From NCBI GenBank assembly GCA_965246885.1, contig OZ251992.1, forward strand, positions 1,184,001 to 1,248,000: a stretch of DNA of 64,000 bases, in the 5' to 3' direction. Shown one piece after another: positions 19,340 to 27,959 of this stretch (position 1 is the first letter of the stretch; each line of letters starts with the position of its first letter). A program made the translations under genes and the position numbers. Under the pieces are notes generated by a model. That model saw only the letters and a program-made list of their open reading frames with translations. It had not been told where the DNA came from and did not search any database. The stretch is from Abditibacterium sp. Its GTDB lineage: Bacteria; Armatimonadota; Abditibacteriia; Abditibacteriales; Abditibacteriaceae.

Positions 19340-19448
19340 CAAGCGACTGAAGTCGCAGCCAGCGGAGGCGTCGGCCTTCGCCGAAGCAGTTGCAGTTACC
19401 CCGTCGGCGAAGGCCGACGCCTCCGCTGGCTGCAACTTCAGTCGCTTG
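19340..19448. repeat. Long palindrome (45-bp arms), REP/MITE-like family copy 2
   Basis: 19340-19384 pairs with 19404-19448 (one G-U); homologous to 4934-5045; between convergent genes. Confidence 0.92.
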
Positions 19449-19450
19449 GC

Positions 19451-20377
19451 TTACGCTACCACCCGCGCGCCCTCCGACATTTCGACTCCCATCGCCCGGC
19501 CCGCGACGTGCCCGCGCGCGGCAGCTTCGATATGCGACGTGAAAGCGGATACCTCCGCATCGGGCGCGAGCCAAAACAGGAGGCTCGGCCCCGCGCCGGA
19601 AAGGGTCGTGCCTAAGGCGCCCGCTTCATGGGCGGCGGCGCCCAGTTCGTCCCAACCGGGCACGAGATGCGCGCGGAAGTCTTGGTGAACGCGGTCGCGC
19701 AACGCTTCGGACAAGGCTGCAAAGTCGCCCGTCGCCAAGGCCGCGACGAGGAGGGCGGCGCGGGACAGGTTGAACACGCAGTCGCGCCGCAGGTAAGCCG
19801 AGGGAAGCGCGTCGCGGGCGCGTTCGGTGAGCAGTTCGGCTTCGGGCACCCATACAGTCCAGCGCGGCGCGCTGGACACAGGGAGTTTAACCGCGAAAGC
19901 GCGCCCATCTTCGCGCATGGCGCAAGCGCAAAACCCGCCGAGAAGGGCGGGCGCCACGTTGTCCGGGTGCCCTTCCAAGCGCGTCGCCAAGTCAAGCAAC
20001 TCTTGCCCCGATAAGGCGCGGGAATGATGCGCGCGCGCCCATTCGTTCGCGGCGAACAGCCCACCGACGATGGCGGCGCTGCTCGAACCCAAACCGCGCG
20101 CGAATGGGATGGCGTTGTGCATCGAGAGGGCGAATCCCGTCGGCGCCAAGTCCAATGTCTCCCACGCCAAGCGCGCGGCTTCGTGCGCGAGGGAAGTGCT
20201 GTGCCCCTTCATTTGTGCTGCGCCTTCGCCCGACACTTCGAGACTATCTTCCGGGGCGGGTTGGAGCGTCAAGCGGTTGCGGATGGAAAGCGCGAGGCCC
20301 AAACAGTCGAAGCCGGGGCCGCAGTTGGCGCTTGATGCGGGAACTACGACGTGGATGGCGGGCTTGGAATGGGGCAC
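19451..20377 (-). CDS. thrB: Homoserine kinase
   Basis: PASSANCGPGFD, IPFARGLGSSSAA, EGHPDNVAP, SGAGPS. Confidence 0.95.
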   Translation of the reverse strand: MPHSKPAIHVVVPASSANCGPGFDCLGLALSIRNRLTLQPAPEDSLEVSGEGAAQMKGHSTSLAHEAARLAWETLDLAPTGFALSMHNAIPFARGLGSSSAAIVGGLFAANEWARAHHSRALSGQELLDLATRLEGHPDNVAPALLGGFCACAMREDGRAFAVKLPVSSAPRWTVWVPEAELLTERARDALPSAYLRRDCVFNLSRAALLVAALATGDFAALSEALRDRVHQDFRAHLVPGWDELGAAAHEAGALGTTLSGAGPSLLFWLAPDAEVSAFTSHIEAAARGHVAGRAMGVEMSEGARVVA

Positions 20378-20459
20378 CTATTCCATTTTGACCGGTTTAC
20401 CCTCTCTGGTGGCGGCGACGGAACACGCGGGCGCGGCGACTGTCCAACCCTCCCGATTG

Positions 20460-21431
20460 ATGAAACCCCCCTTGGCCCCGCATATGTCCGCGCTTCGCCC
20501 GTTCGGGGTGATGGCGTTGGCGCTCGCTTTGGCGGGTGCGGCGCGCGCGCAAGAGGCGCCCCTTCCCAATGCGCTTCCCGCGTCGGGGCCAGCCGCGCCC
20601 GACACCTACCAATCCGCCATGACAAACAGCGACGCCAAAGCGGACGCGGCGGTGGCACGGGCGGCGGCGCGGCGGGCGGTGATGGAAGCGCGCATGCGCG
20701 ACTTGATGACGCGCACCGGCATTACCTCGGTCGCCACGCAAGACGCCATTCTGGAGTTCGAGCGTAACGACGAAGACGACAAGCGCGCCGTGCGCGAAGC
20801 GGGCCGCAATCTCTGGAACGGAGTGCGCCGCGACGCGCCCGCCGAGCGGCTGCGCGCCCTGTTGGGCGATTATCAAAAAACCATCGAAGAGGCCCGCGCC
20901 CGCCGCGCCCATGCGCAAACCGCCCTTGATGCGCGGGTGGGCTACTCGCTCGATGCCCGTCTGGAATCCCTGCTATGGCTGTTCGGCGTGTTGGGGGAAG
21001 GGCAGATCGTGCTGCTTCCTCCGTCCGCTCCGCCGCGCGATGGCGGCGCCAAACCCGTCGTTGCTCACTCGCAAGTTCAGGCCCAAGTCACGCCGCCCGC
21101 CAACGGCGGCGACCCCGATGAGCGGCCCATCGAAGGCACCGTTGCCGCCAAGTGTGCGCCCGATGAGGCGCTGCCTTGGCTCGAAGTGCGCGACGCGGGC
21201 GGGCGCGTGTGGCACCTGACCGCTCCCGAAGACCCCGCCGCGCGCGCCATTCTCGCGCGCCAAATTGCGGGGCTGGCCCTTGGCGCGCGGGTGTTGGTGC
21301 GCGCCGGAAATCCGACCCCGCCCCCAAACGGCGCTCCCGGCAACGCGGATGCGCCCCTTGTGCTCCTCGCCATTGTGCCGCTCGCGGGCGCGGCAGGGGA
21401 AACTGCGCCCGCTCCGGCACCGTATAAATAA
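20460..21431 (+). CDS. Secreted hypothetical protein (helical domain shared with next gene)
   Basis: Signal peptide (ALALALAGAARAQ); helical domain ending ARLESLLWLFGVLG; start uncertain (20460 or 20484). Confidence 0.65.
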   Translation: MKPPLAPHMSALRPFGVMALALALAGAARAQEAPLPNALPASGPAAPDTYQSAMTNSDAKADAAVARAAARRAVMEARMRDLMTRTGITSVATQDAILEFERNDEDDKRAVREAGRNLWNGVRRDAPAERLRALLGDYQKTIEEARARRAHAQTALDARVGYSLDARLESLLWLFGVLGEGQIVLLPPSAPPRDGGAKPVVAHSQVQAQVTPPANGGDPDERPIEGTVAAKCAPDEALPWLEVRDAGGRVWHLTAPEDPAARAILARQIAGLALGARVLVRAGNPTPPPNGAPGNADAPLVLLAIVPLAGAAGETAPAPAPYK

Positions 21432-21436
21432 CCACC

Positions 21437-22030
21437 ATGAAACGCGCTCACTTCTTCTCACTCGCCGCTTTGCTCGCTCTGTCTGTTGTGGCGGGCGCCC
21501 AACCCGACCCCAATAACGCGCCCAAAGGAGATAACCCCGCCAACCATCCCGTCCGCGCTCCGCTCACGCCCGAACAACTCCAAGCGCGCCTGCTGGCCAC
21601 CTACAAGCGCCAACTCGAAGCCGCCAACGTCACCGACGCCAAGCAGCAAGAGGCCGTCATCGCGTATGTCACCGGCGAACTCACTTCCCGCCAAAAGCTC
21701 GCCGAAGCCAGCCGCGCCTTGCAGAACGCCCTGCGCACCCCCGCCGCGACCGACGCCCAAATCGCCGGTCTGCTCAACGACCTCCAAGGCGCCGCGAGCG
21801 ACGACAAAGCCCGCCGCCAAAAGGCCCAAGACACCCTCAAAGCGACTATTGACGTGACGCAGTTCCCCCGCTTGGAAGCGGGACTGACCCTGTTGGGCTT
21901 GTTCGGAGACGTGCCGGTAACGGGGGGCGGCTTCAACAACATGCTCGGTGGCGGCGATAACCGCCCGCGCAACCCGCGTCCAAACACGCCCAAAGCCAAC
22001 GCGCCCCGCCAACACCCCGTCCCGTTTTGA
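21437..22030 (+). CDS. Secreted hypothetical helical protein (Spy/CpxP-like?)
   Basis: Signal peptide; helical domain ending PRLEAGLTLLGLFG; paralogous to upstream gene. Confidence 0.75.
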   Translation: MKRAHFFSLAALLALSVVAGAQPDPNNAPKGDNPANHPVRAPLTPEQLQARLLATYKRQLEAANVTDAKQQEAVIAYVTGELTSRQKLAEASRALQNALRTPAATDAQIAGLLNDLQGAASDDKARRQKAQDTLKATIDVTQFPRLEAGLTLLGLFGDVPVTGGGFNNMLGGGDNRPRNPRPNTPKANAPRQHPVPF

Positions 22031-22045
22031 AGCGAGCGGGAGACG

Positions 22046-22735
22046 CTATTCCGCTTGGGTGAACGCCCGCACCGCCGCTTCGATGCCCTCGGTGTCGCGG
22101 CCCAACACGATGGCGCCCAGCAGAACCCCGCGCGCGCCAGTTTTGCGCAGAAGCGGCAAGTCGGTGGGCGTCAGCTTCTTTTGCGAGGGGAGGATGACGG
22201 CCGCCGTCGTCGCTTCGCACAGGGCGCAGTAAGCGGCCAAATCCTGCGCACTCAGCGCGGCGCCGTATCCGTCGTGCGCCATAATGGAGGCTTCGCACAG
22301 CGTCATGCCCAAGCGCTCGTAGAGGTGCAGGGCGGTGGGCGCCATACCATGATGGGCGGCGATCATCACGCTTAAATCGGTTTGCTCTAAGGCCCACGCG
22401 GGGCAGTCGAAGGGGTAAGCGTCGAAGTAATCCACCCCGATGGCGGCAAGAGATGCGAAATCTTCCGGGGAAGCGAAGCCCGCGAGCGTGCCGGGGACGA
22501 CGCCGACATTGGCGCCGACGCCCCGCGCCGCGTCAACGATGGCGGCAATGGCGTCGCGCTCCTCTTGGAGCGGCCCAAAGCGGGTGCCGGATGCGAAGTG
22601 TTCGACGTTGATGTGGACTTTGAGGCCCCCCGCCCCGCCGCGTAGCGCGGCACGCGCCATTTCCACGTCGTTGCGCGGCAAAGAAGCGAGCGTCGTCCAG
22701 TTATTGCGGGTGAGTTGTTCGAGAAGTTGGTTCAT
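22046..22735 (-). CDS. Conserved hypothetical TIM-barrel protein (ribulose-phosphate-binding barrel-like)
   Basis: SLPRND, GLKVHINVEH, DYFDAY, PSQKK, GVLLGAIV pattern. Confidence 0.65.
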   Translation of the reverse strand: MNQLLEQLTRNNWTTLASLPRNDVEMARAALRGGAGGLKVHINVEHFASGTRFGPLQEERDAIAAIVDAARGVGANVGVVPGTLAGFASPEDFASLAAIGVDYFDAYPFDCPAWALEQTDLSVMIAAHHGMAPTALHLYERLGMTLCEASIMAHDGYGAALSAQDLAAYCALCEATTAAVILPSQKKLTPTDLPLLRKTGARGVLLGAIVLGRDTEGIEAAVRAFTQAE

Positions 22736-22747
22736 GGTGGTTGTAGA

Positions 22748-23980
22748 TTACTGCGCGGCGGGCGCGGGCGCGGGAGTAGCGGCGGGCGTGTCCCACACAA
22801 AGGGGAAGTTGATGCGGATTTTGCCGACACCCGCGAGGGCGGTGTTCGCCCACTTGGGAAGCGGCTGCTTGGCTTGCATCCAGAAGGTGGGCATCGGTTC
22901 CCACGTGTCTTTGCCGCGCATTTGGACGTCGAAGTAGAAGCGGCCCGCCAAGCCCTCAACGGTATCGGGGTTGTTCCAATCGGCCTCTTCAAAGCGCGGG
23001 CGCAAAAAGCGCGAGAAAAGCGGGGCGGTGCCTTCGTAACTGGGGTCGGTGGCGGAAACGGGGCCGACGACCATCCACTGCGTCGCTTCGCGGATGTAGT
23101 TCGTTTCGGGACTCATGGCGTGGTTGGCGGGCACGATTTGGAAGCTCCCGACGGCGCCGCGCGGACTGGTGGAGATGTCAATGACGCCCTCGTGATTGGC
23201 GCGCAAACGCCCGACATCGGAGAAATACGAGCCGACAAAGCGTCCGACGCCCACGACGGGGCGCAACACTTGGCCGATGACGCGCGGCGCCTCGCCCCGG
23301 TATTGGATGGTAATCAGCCCGCCGAAGCGGTTCTCAAAGACGATCTCGCGCGGGTAGCGGACGGGGCGGCGCACCTGCCAGACCCAGCTATCGCCCACGC
23401 GCGGAACGTAGCCGTCGGGCAGGGGAGCGAGTGTGTTTGTGCGGTCGTTGTCGAGGAAGAGCGGATTGCCAACGAAGGGCGTGAACGGCCCGCCGAACAC
23501 CCCGGTCGCGCCGGGCATGTCGGTGTAAGCGGCGCTTTGCGGCGAGATTTCCTGTTGAAGCGAGTTGCGCCCCGCCGCGTTTTCGGCGAGCGGCGCGAGC
23601 GACCAGATGATGCCGCGCCCTTCTTTGGCGTTGAAGCCGCTTCGGAGGTGGATGGCGTTGACCGCCGTCGCCACGACGGAGCCAGTGAGTCCGTATTTGG
23701 AAGCGGTGAAGCCCAAAACGTTCACCTTTGCACACGGCGCGAGGATGTGCCCGATAGTTGTCCACGTCCGGCCCTCGTCGCGCGAGCCTTCGATGTCGCC
23801 GCCCTTGACGTTGTGCAGGCGGACGCGGCCAATCTCGACAGTTGCCTCGTCGTTTTCGCTTTGAACGGGAGCGCTTGGCCCGTGTTCGAGCGTCGCCGCC
23901 CTCGCCGGGACGGGCAAGAGATCGGGCGACAAAACAACGAGCGCGCAGAAGGCAAGAAGAATGATAGAGCGAAGGGACAT
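22748..23980 (-). CDS. Secreted conserved hypothetical protein
   Basis: Signal peptide; globular beta-rich ORF with typical codon use. Confidence 0.75.
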   Translation of the reverse strand: MSLRSIILLAFCALVVLSPDLLPVPARAATLEHGPSAPVQSENDEATVEIGRVRLHNVKGGDIEGSRDEGRTWTTIGHILAPCAKVNVLGFTASKYGLTGSVVATAVNAIHLRSGFNAKEGRGIIWSLAPLAENAAGRNSLQQEISPQSAAYTDMPGATGVFGGPFTPFVGNPLFLDNDRTNTLAPLPDGYVPRVGDSWVWQVRRPVRYPREIVFENRFGGLITIQYRGEAPRVIGQVLRPVVGVGRFVGSYFSDVGRLRANHEGVIDISTSPRGAVGSFQIVPANHAMSPETNYIREATQWMVVGPVSATDPSYEGTAPLFSRFLRPRFEEADWNNPDTVEGLAGRFYFDVQMRGKDTWEPMPTFWMQAKQPLPKWANTALAGVGKIRINFPFVWDTPAATPAPAPAAQ

Positions 23981-24025
23981 AGCAATTTAGAGGTTGCGGC
24001 TTCCAACCTCTTGCTCCTTTAAGTT

Positions 24026-25579
24026 ATGGCACTTTCCGCCGCCGCGCGCGCCGCGCTCGACCAGTTCAAGACCCAGCAACAAAACTCCGGTGCCGTTCCC
24101 CCCGAACCCGCCGCTCCCATTCCACCCAGTCCCAACGGCTTCGCGCCCGCGCCCGCCATTTCCAACGGCGCGGCGCTTCCCGCCATGCCCGCGCCCACAC
24201 CGGAAAACAGCGCGTGGAATCGGCTCAACGACCCCGCCACCACCATCCAAATGGGCGGCCTGTTCCGCCCCGAACAGCCCAAGACCTTCACTGAGTCGGG
24301 CATTTCCTACCGCGTGTTGGAAGGGCTAATCCTCAAAATCATCAAGCAGGAAGGCCCGCAGAACGAGGGACAAATCGCGGACATCCTGAAGATTTCGCCC
24401 AATGTCTTCCGCGACATTCTGGCGTCCCTCAACAAGCGCGAACTGCTCGACACGCCGCTCCCGATGCATTACGACCTAACCGGCAAAGGCCGCGAATTGG
24501 TCGGATTGGTCGAGCGCGAGGACGGCTATATCGGCCCCGCTCCCGTCCCGTTCGAGACCTACGTCAACATGGTCAAAGCGCAGGCCAAGCGCGAGCGCCG
24601 CGTCACCATGCGCGAAGTCGAGGAAGTTTTCGCGTCCTACCCGATGCGCCCTGCGCTCAAGTCCACGCTCAAAGAAGGCTTCAACTCGCAGCGCGTCATT
24701 ATCTTCTACGGCCCTCCGGGTAACGGCAAATCGCTCATCACCGACAACTTGCACCGCTTGCTCAAGGAGCCGGTTCTGCTGCCCTACGCGTTTGAATACA
24801 ACTCCAAGGTGGTGCAGTTGTTCGACCCCGCCTTTCACAAACTGCGCGAGGACTTGATGGAGCGCGAGGAAGCCGAGACCATGCACTCCGTTTCGACGGC
24901 GGGCAAACCCGATCGGCGCTGGGTTATCTCCGAGCCGCCGCTTGTGACGGTCGGCACGGAGTTCAAGGTCGCGCAGTTCGACATCACTTTCGACGGCCAG
25001 TACTTCGCGCCGCCGCATTTAAAAGCCAACAACGGCATCTTCATCTTCGACGACTTGGGGCGCCAGCAGGAGGATCACAACATGATCCTCAACCAGTTCA
25101 TTTATCCGCTCGAACACCGCGCCTCCATCATCCGCTTCGCGGGCGGCTCCTCAATGCGCGCCCCCTTCTTGCAGCGCCTCTTTCTTTCGACCAACCTGAA
25201 CCACGAGGAGATATTGGATGACGCTTTCAAACGCCGCTTGCTGTATCAGGTGTTGGTTGACCGCCCCACGACGCAACTCTGGAAGCAGATTTTCGTCAAC
25301 GAAGCGGGCAAAGTCGGTATCGAACCGACCCGCGCGCGCGATTTGGGCGAAAGCGTGGTGGCGTGGTATAAAACCGACGAGCGCGTCTTCCGTGCTTGCG
25401 ACCCGCGCAACCTGATGACCATGATTGACGCCAGCCTCGACACCGGCCAACGCGCCGAGGACGTGCTCGACCTCAACAAAATGCGCGACATCTACGACCG
25501 CTACCCCGCCGCGCACAAGAAAGACTCCAAGTTTTTCGTCGGCTCGATGGACTCGACCGGCGCTGGCGACGAGGAGTAA
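24026..25579 (+). CDS. AAA+ family ATPase with Pro-rich N-terminus and winged-helix-like domain
   Basis: Walker A GPPGNGKS, Walker B IFIFDD, STN sensor, AFKRR arginine finger. Confidence 0.85.
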   Translation: MALSAAARAALDQFKTQQQNSGAVPPEPAAPIPPSPNGFAPAPAISNGAALPAMPAPTPENSAWNRLNDPATTIQMGGLFRPEQPKTFTESGISYRVLEGLILKIIKQEGPQNEGQIADILKISPNVFRDILASLNKRELLDTPLPMHYDLTGKGRELVGLVEREDGYIGPAPVPFETYVNMVKAQAKRERRVTMREVEEVFASYPMRPALKSTLKEGFNSQRVIIFYGPPGNGKSLITDNLHRLLKEPVLLPYAFEYNSKVVQLFDPAFHKLREDLMEREEAETMHSVSTAGKPDRRWVISEPPLVTVGTEFKVAQFDITFDGQYFAPPHLKANNGIFIFDDLGRQQEDHNMILNQFIYPLEHRASIIRFAGGSSMRAPFLQRLFLSTNLNHEEILDDAFKRRLLYQVLVDRPTTQLWKQIFVNEAGKVGIEPTRARDLGESVVAWYKTDERVFRACDPRNLMTMIDASLDTGQRAEDVLDLNKMRDIYDRYPAAHKKDSKFFVGSMDSTGAGDEE

Positions 25580-25637
25580 AGCGACTGGACGGGCACAGCG
25601 ATTGCTTTGTACGGAGCGAGACCGACAAGGACGAACC

Positions 25638-25901
25638 ATGAGCCTGCATCACCACTTTCAAGAAGTCAAAAAAGCCGAAACCCTGCCGAACGCCGAAAAG
25701 CTGGGCATGTGCCTCAACTGCAAATACTGGAGCGCCGAGGGCACCCTAACACTCGACAAAAAGGAGCACCTCGCTGTGTGCGTGTACCCCGAACTCAAGC
25801 CCTATGCCCTCATCGTGAGTGGCACCAGCGCTTGCAACAAGTGGGCGGAGCGCGCAAACGTTGACCCGGAAGCCAAAGCCTACTCCAAGCAAGGCGAGTA
25901 G
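25638..25901 (+). CDS. Small 4-Cys protein (HiPIP-like/metal-binding)
   Basis: AAGGA RBS; CLNCKYW...C...CNKW spacing. Confidence 0.65.
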   Translation: MSLHHHFQEVKKAETLPNAEKLGMCLNCKYWSAEGTLTLDKKEHLAVCVYPELKPYALIVSGTSACNKWAERANVDPEAKAYSKQGE

Positions 25902-25990
25902 AACTAAACAACGAGCGCCCCCCAACCGCCCGCCCACTTGTGGCAGCGTTCCACCGACGCGGGCGACGCGGCGACGCGACCCGGTGAAAG

Positions 25991-26128
25991 AAAAAATTAG
26001 GTGCGCCACAAAGTGGCTCAGCTAATTTTTTGACTGGCGCGACTAATTCTTCGACTGGCGCGGCTAATTCTGCCAGTAATTAGTTGCGTCAATCGTCGGC
26101 GCGGCCCGGCGGAGCGAAGAATTAATCG
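25991..26128. repeat. Degenerate 21-bp-period array upstream of pyrE
   Basis: ctaatt at 26022, 26043, 26064 (ctaattttttgactggcgcga / ctaattcttcgactggcgcgg); gaagaattaatcg also found in the 3025-3171 array. Confidence 0.7.
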
Positions 26129-26192
26129 GTTTTCTCGCCGCGCGGAGCCTATCCGTCGAGTAACGGCGCCCGTCCCTTTACACTGCGCGTCT

Positions 26193-26777
26193 ATGAAATC
26201 GGAAGAAGTCGAGGCGGCGCTGAAAGATTCGGGCGCGCTATTGGAAGGGCACTTTTTACTCGCGTCGGGGCGGCACTCGCAGTTCTACGTGGAGAAGTTC
26301 CGCTTGTTGGAGCAGCCGCGCCTTACGTCGCGCTTGTGCGCCGAGATCGCGTGGCGCTTCCGGGGCGACGGCATCGAGTGCGTCGTCGGACCAGTGACGG
26401 GCGGCATCATCCTCGCGTTCGAGGTCGCGCGGCAAATGGGCATCCGCGCCGTCTACGCCGAGCGCGCCGAAGATGGGCGCGACTTCGCCTTTCGGCGCGG
26501 TTTTGAACTCAAGGCGGGCGAGCGGTGCCTCATCGTCGAAGACATCGTAACAACGGGCGGAAGCGCGCAAAAAGTCGTGGATTTGGTGCGAGCCAATGGC
26601 GGCGAAGCGGTGGGCGTCGGCCTGCTCGTTGACCGCTCGAACGGGCAGTTGCAAATCAACGCGCCGCGCGTGGAATCGCTGTTGACGATGCCAGTGCAAA
26701 GCTACGCGCCCGACGAAGTCCCCGATTGGCTGACCGAGCAATACGGCCCCGCCCGCAAACCCGGCACGACGCGTTAA
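26193..26777 (+). CDS. pyrE: Orotate phosphoribosyltransferase
   Basis: GHFLLASGRHS, PRPP motif LIVEDIVTTGGS. Confidence 0.95.
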   Translation: MKSEEVEAALKDSGALLEGHFLLASGRHSQFYVEKFRLLEQPRLTSRLCAEIAWRFRGDGIECVVGPVTGGIILAFEVARQMGIRAVYAERAEDGRDFAFRRGFELKAGERCLIVEDIVTTGGSAQKVVDLVRANGGEAVGVGLLVDRSNGQLQINAPRVESLLTMPVQSYAPDEVPDWLTEQYGPARKPGTTR

Positions 26778-26840
26778 GCGGGCAAAGCGCGCTTGCGGCA
26801 ACGGCTAAATCGGTTTAAAATGGAAGTCGAGGAAAACGCT

Positions 26841-27029
26841 ATGGAATCGCTTCAATTGCCCCCGCAACCCCCCGCCGAGCCGATAGACGACGCGACGCGC
26901 GCCGCGCTCGAAGAAGCGCGCGCCGAAGCCGCGCGCGGCGAGGTTTATACCCTTGACGAAGTGCGCGAAAGCATCAAACAACGGTCAATCGAATGGCGCA
27001 AAACCCAAGAAACCCTTCTCGCCGCGTAG
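26841..27029 (+). CDS. Putative type II antitoxin
   Basis: Small acidic ORF (ALEEARAEAARGEVYTLDEVRE) overlapping the ParE-like gene; GAGG RBS. Confidence 0.7.
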   Translation: MESLQLPPQPPAEPIDDATRAALEEARAEAARGEVYTLDEVRESIKQRSIEWRKTQETLLAA

Positions 27030-27334
27030 TCACTTTTTCCGCGACGGCGCGGCGCAGTCAGTTCGCTATCTATGACAGCACCGCCGCGCAGTGGGGTGAC
27101 GAGCAGGCCGAAGCCTATACCGAATTTTTGCTCAATACGATGCAAATGCTGGCCGATACCCCGGCGATGGCGCCGCGCGTTCCCAACGACCCCACCGCGC
27201 GCGTTTTTGTCGCGCGCTGGAAGAACGCGCGATACGGCCACCACATCTATTTCGATGAGACGCCGACCGGGATTTTGGTGCTGCGCATCTTGCATACCGC
27301 GCAAGACAGGCCAAGCGACCTGCGGGATAATTGA
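26993..27334 (+). CDS. parE: RelE/ParE family toxin
   Basis: FSATA..., QWGDEQAEAY, HHIYF, VLRILHTAQD. Confidence 0.8.
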   Translation: MAQNPRNPSRRVVTFSATARRSQFAIYDSTAAQWGDEQAEAYTEFLLNTMQMLADTPAMAPRVPNDPTARVFVARWKNARYGHHIYFDETPTGILVLRILHTAQDRPSDLRDN

Positions 27335-27363
27335 GTGGTGTGGAGAGCCGAAGGGAGTGAGAC

Positions 27364-27876
27364 CTAAAACCGGCGCTTTGGCCCGACGCCTAAATGGTGC
27401 TCGATCATGCGGCGCTCGAAGCGGAACAGAAACCACTCGAAGAACTGGTGCGCGCCCAGCTTGGTGTAAAGGTCTTGCGCCGATTTGTTCCAGTCCAAGC
27501 CCATGCACTCGACGCGCCAGCAACCCCGCGTGTAGGCTTGCTGGATGCACCACTTAATCAGCCCCGTCCCGATGCCGCGCCGCCGAAATTCGGGGCGCAC
27601 GTACAAGTCCTCAATGAACAGGCGCGGGCGCGCCATGAAGCTGGAGTAGGTCTCGAAGAACAAGCAGAACCCGGCGGGCGCTGCGCTTTCGGGAACAAAA
27701 GCCAGAAACGCCTCGAAGCGCGGGCGCTCGCCCCAGCCGTCCTCCAGAAAGCGCGCGCGGGCGGAAGTGTCGGGCGGGTGCAGATGCTCGAACAGCGCCA
27801 GTTCGTGCACGAGGTCGAGCAAAGCGGGCGCATCTTCGCGCTCGGCGCGGCGAATCGAGAAAGCGGAATCGGACAC
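27364..27876 (-). CDS. GNAT N-acetyltransferase (SSAT/diamine acetyltransferase-like)
   Basis: ELALFEH, YSSF, IEDLYVRPEFRRRGIG, LDWN..A..LY..LGA; GTG start 7 nt after TATAAT. Confidence 0.85.
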   Translation of the reverse strand: MSDSAFSIRRAEREDAPALLDLVHELALFEHLHPPDTSARARFLEDGWGERPRFEAFLAFVPESAAPAGFCLFFETYSSFMARPRLFIEDLYVRPEFRRRGIGTGLIKWCIQQAYTRGCWRVECMGLDWNKSAQDLYTKLGAHQFFEWFLFRFERRMIEHHLGVGPKRRF

Positions 27877-27928
27877 GAGAGCGATTATACGCGGCGAGTT
27901 TTTCCGGCGTGTTTCGGAGTAAACTCCA

Positions 27929-27950
27929 GCGCCACGACTCGTCGTGGCGC
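27929..27950. terminator. Hairpin just downstream of gmaS/glnT
   Basis: gcgccacgac-tc-gtcgtggcgc. Confidence 0.45.
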
Positions 27951-27959
27951 CCCAGTTCT

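Noticed and set aside
24026..25579. AAA ATPase as the missing MoxR of the ternary system
   Set aside because: Lacks MoxR-type motifs (DEI..A, ASN) and is not adjacent to either component
26841..27334. TA module as marker of a prophage or genomic island
   Set aside because: No integrase, phage genes or att-like repeats nearby; it looks like a solitary chromosomal TA
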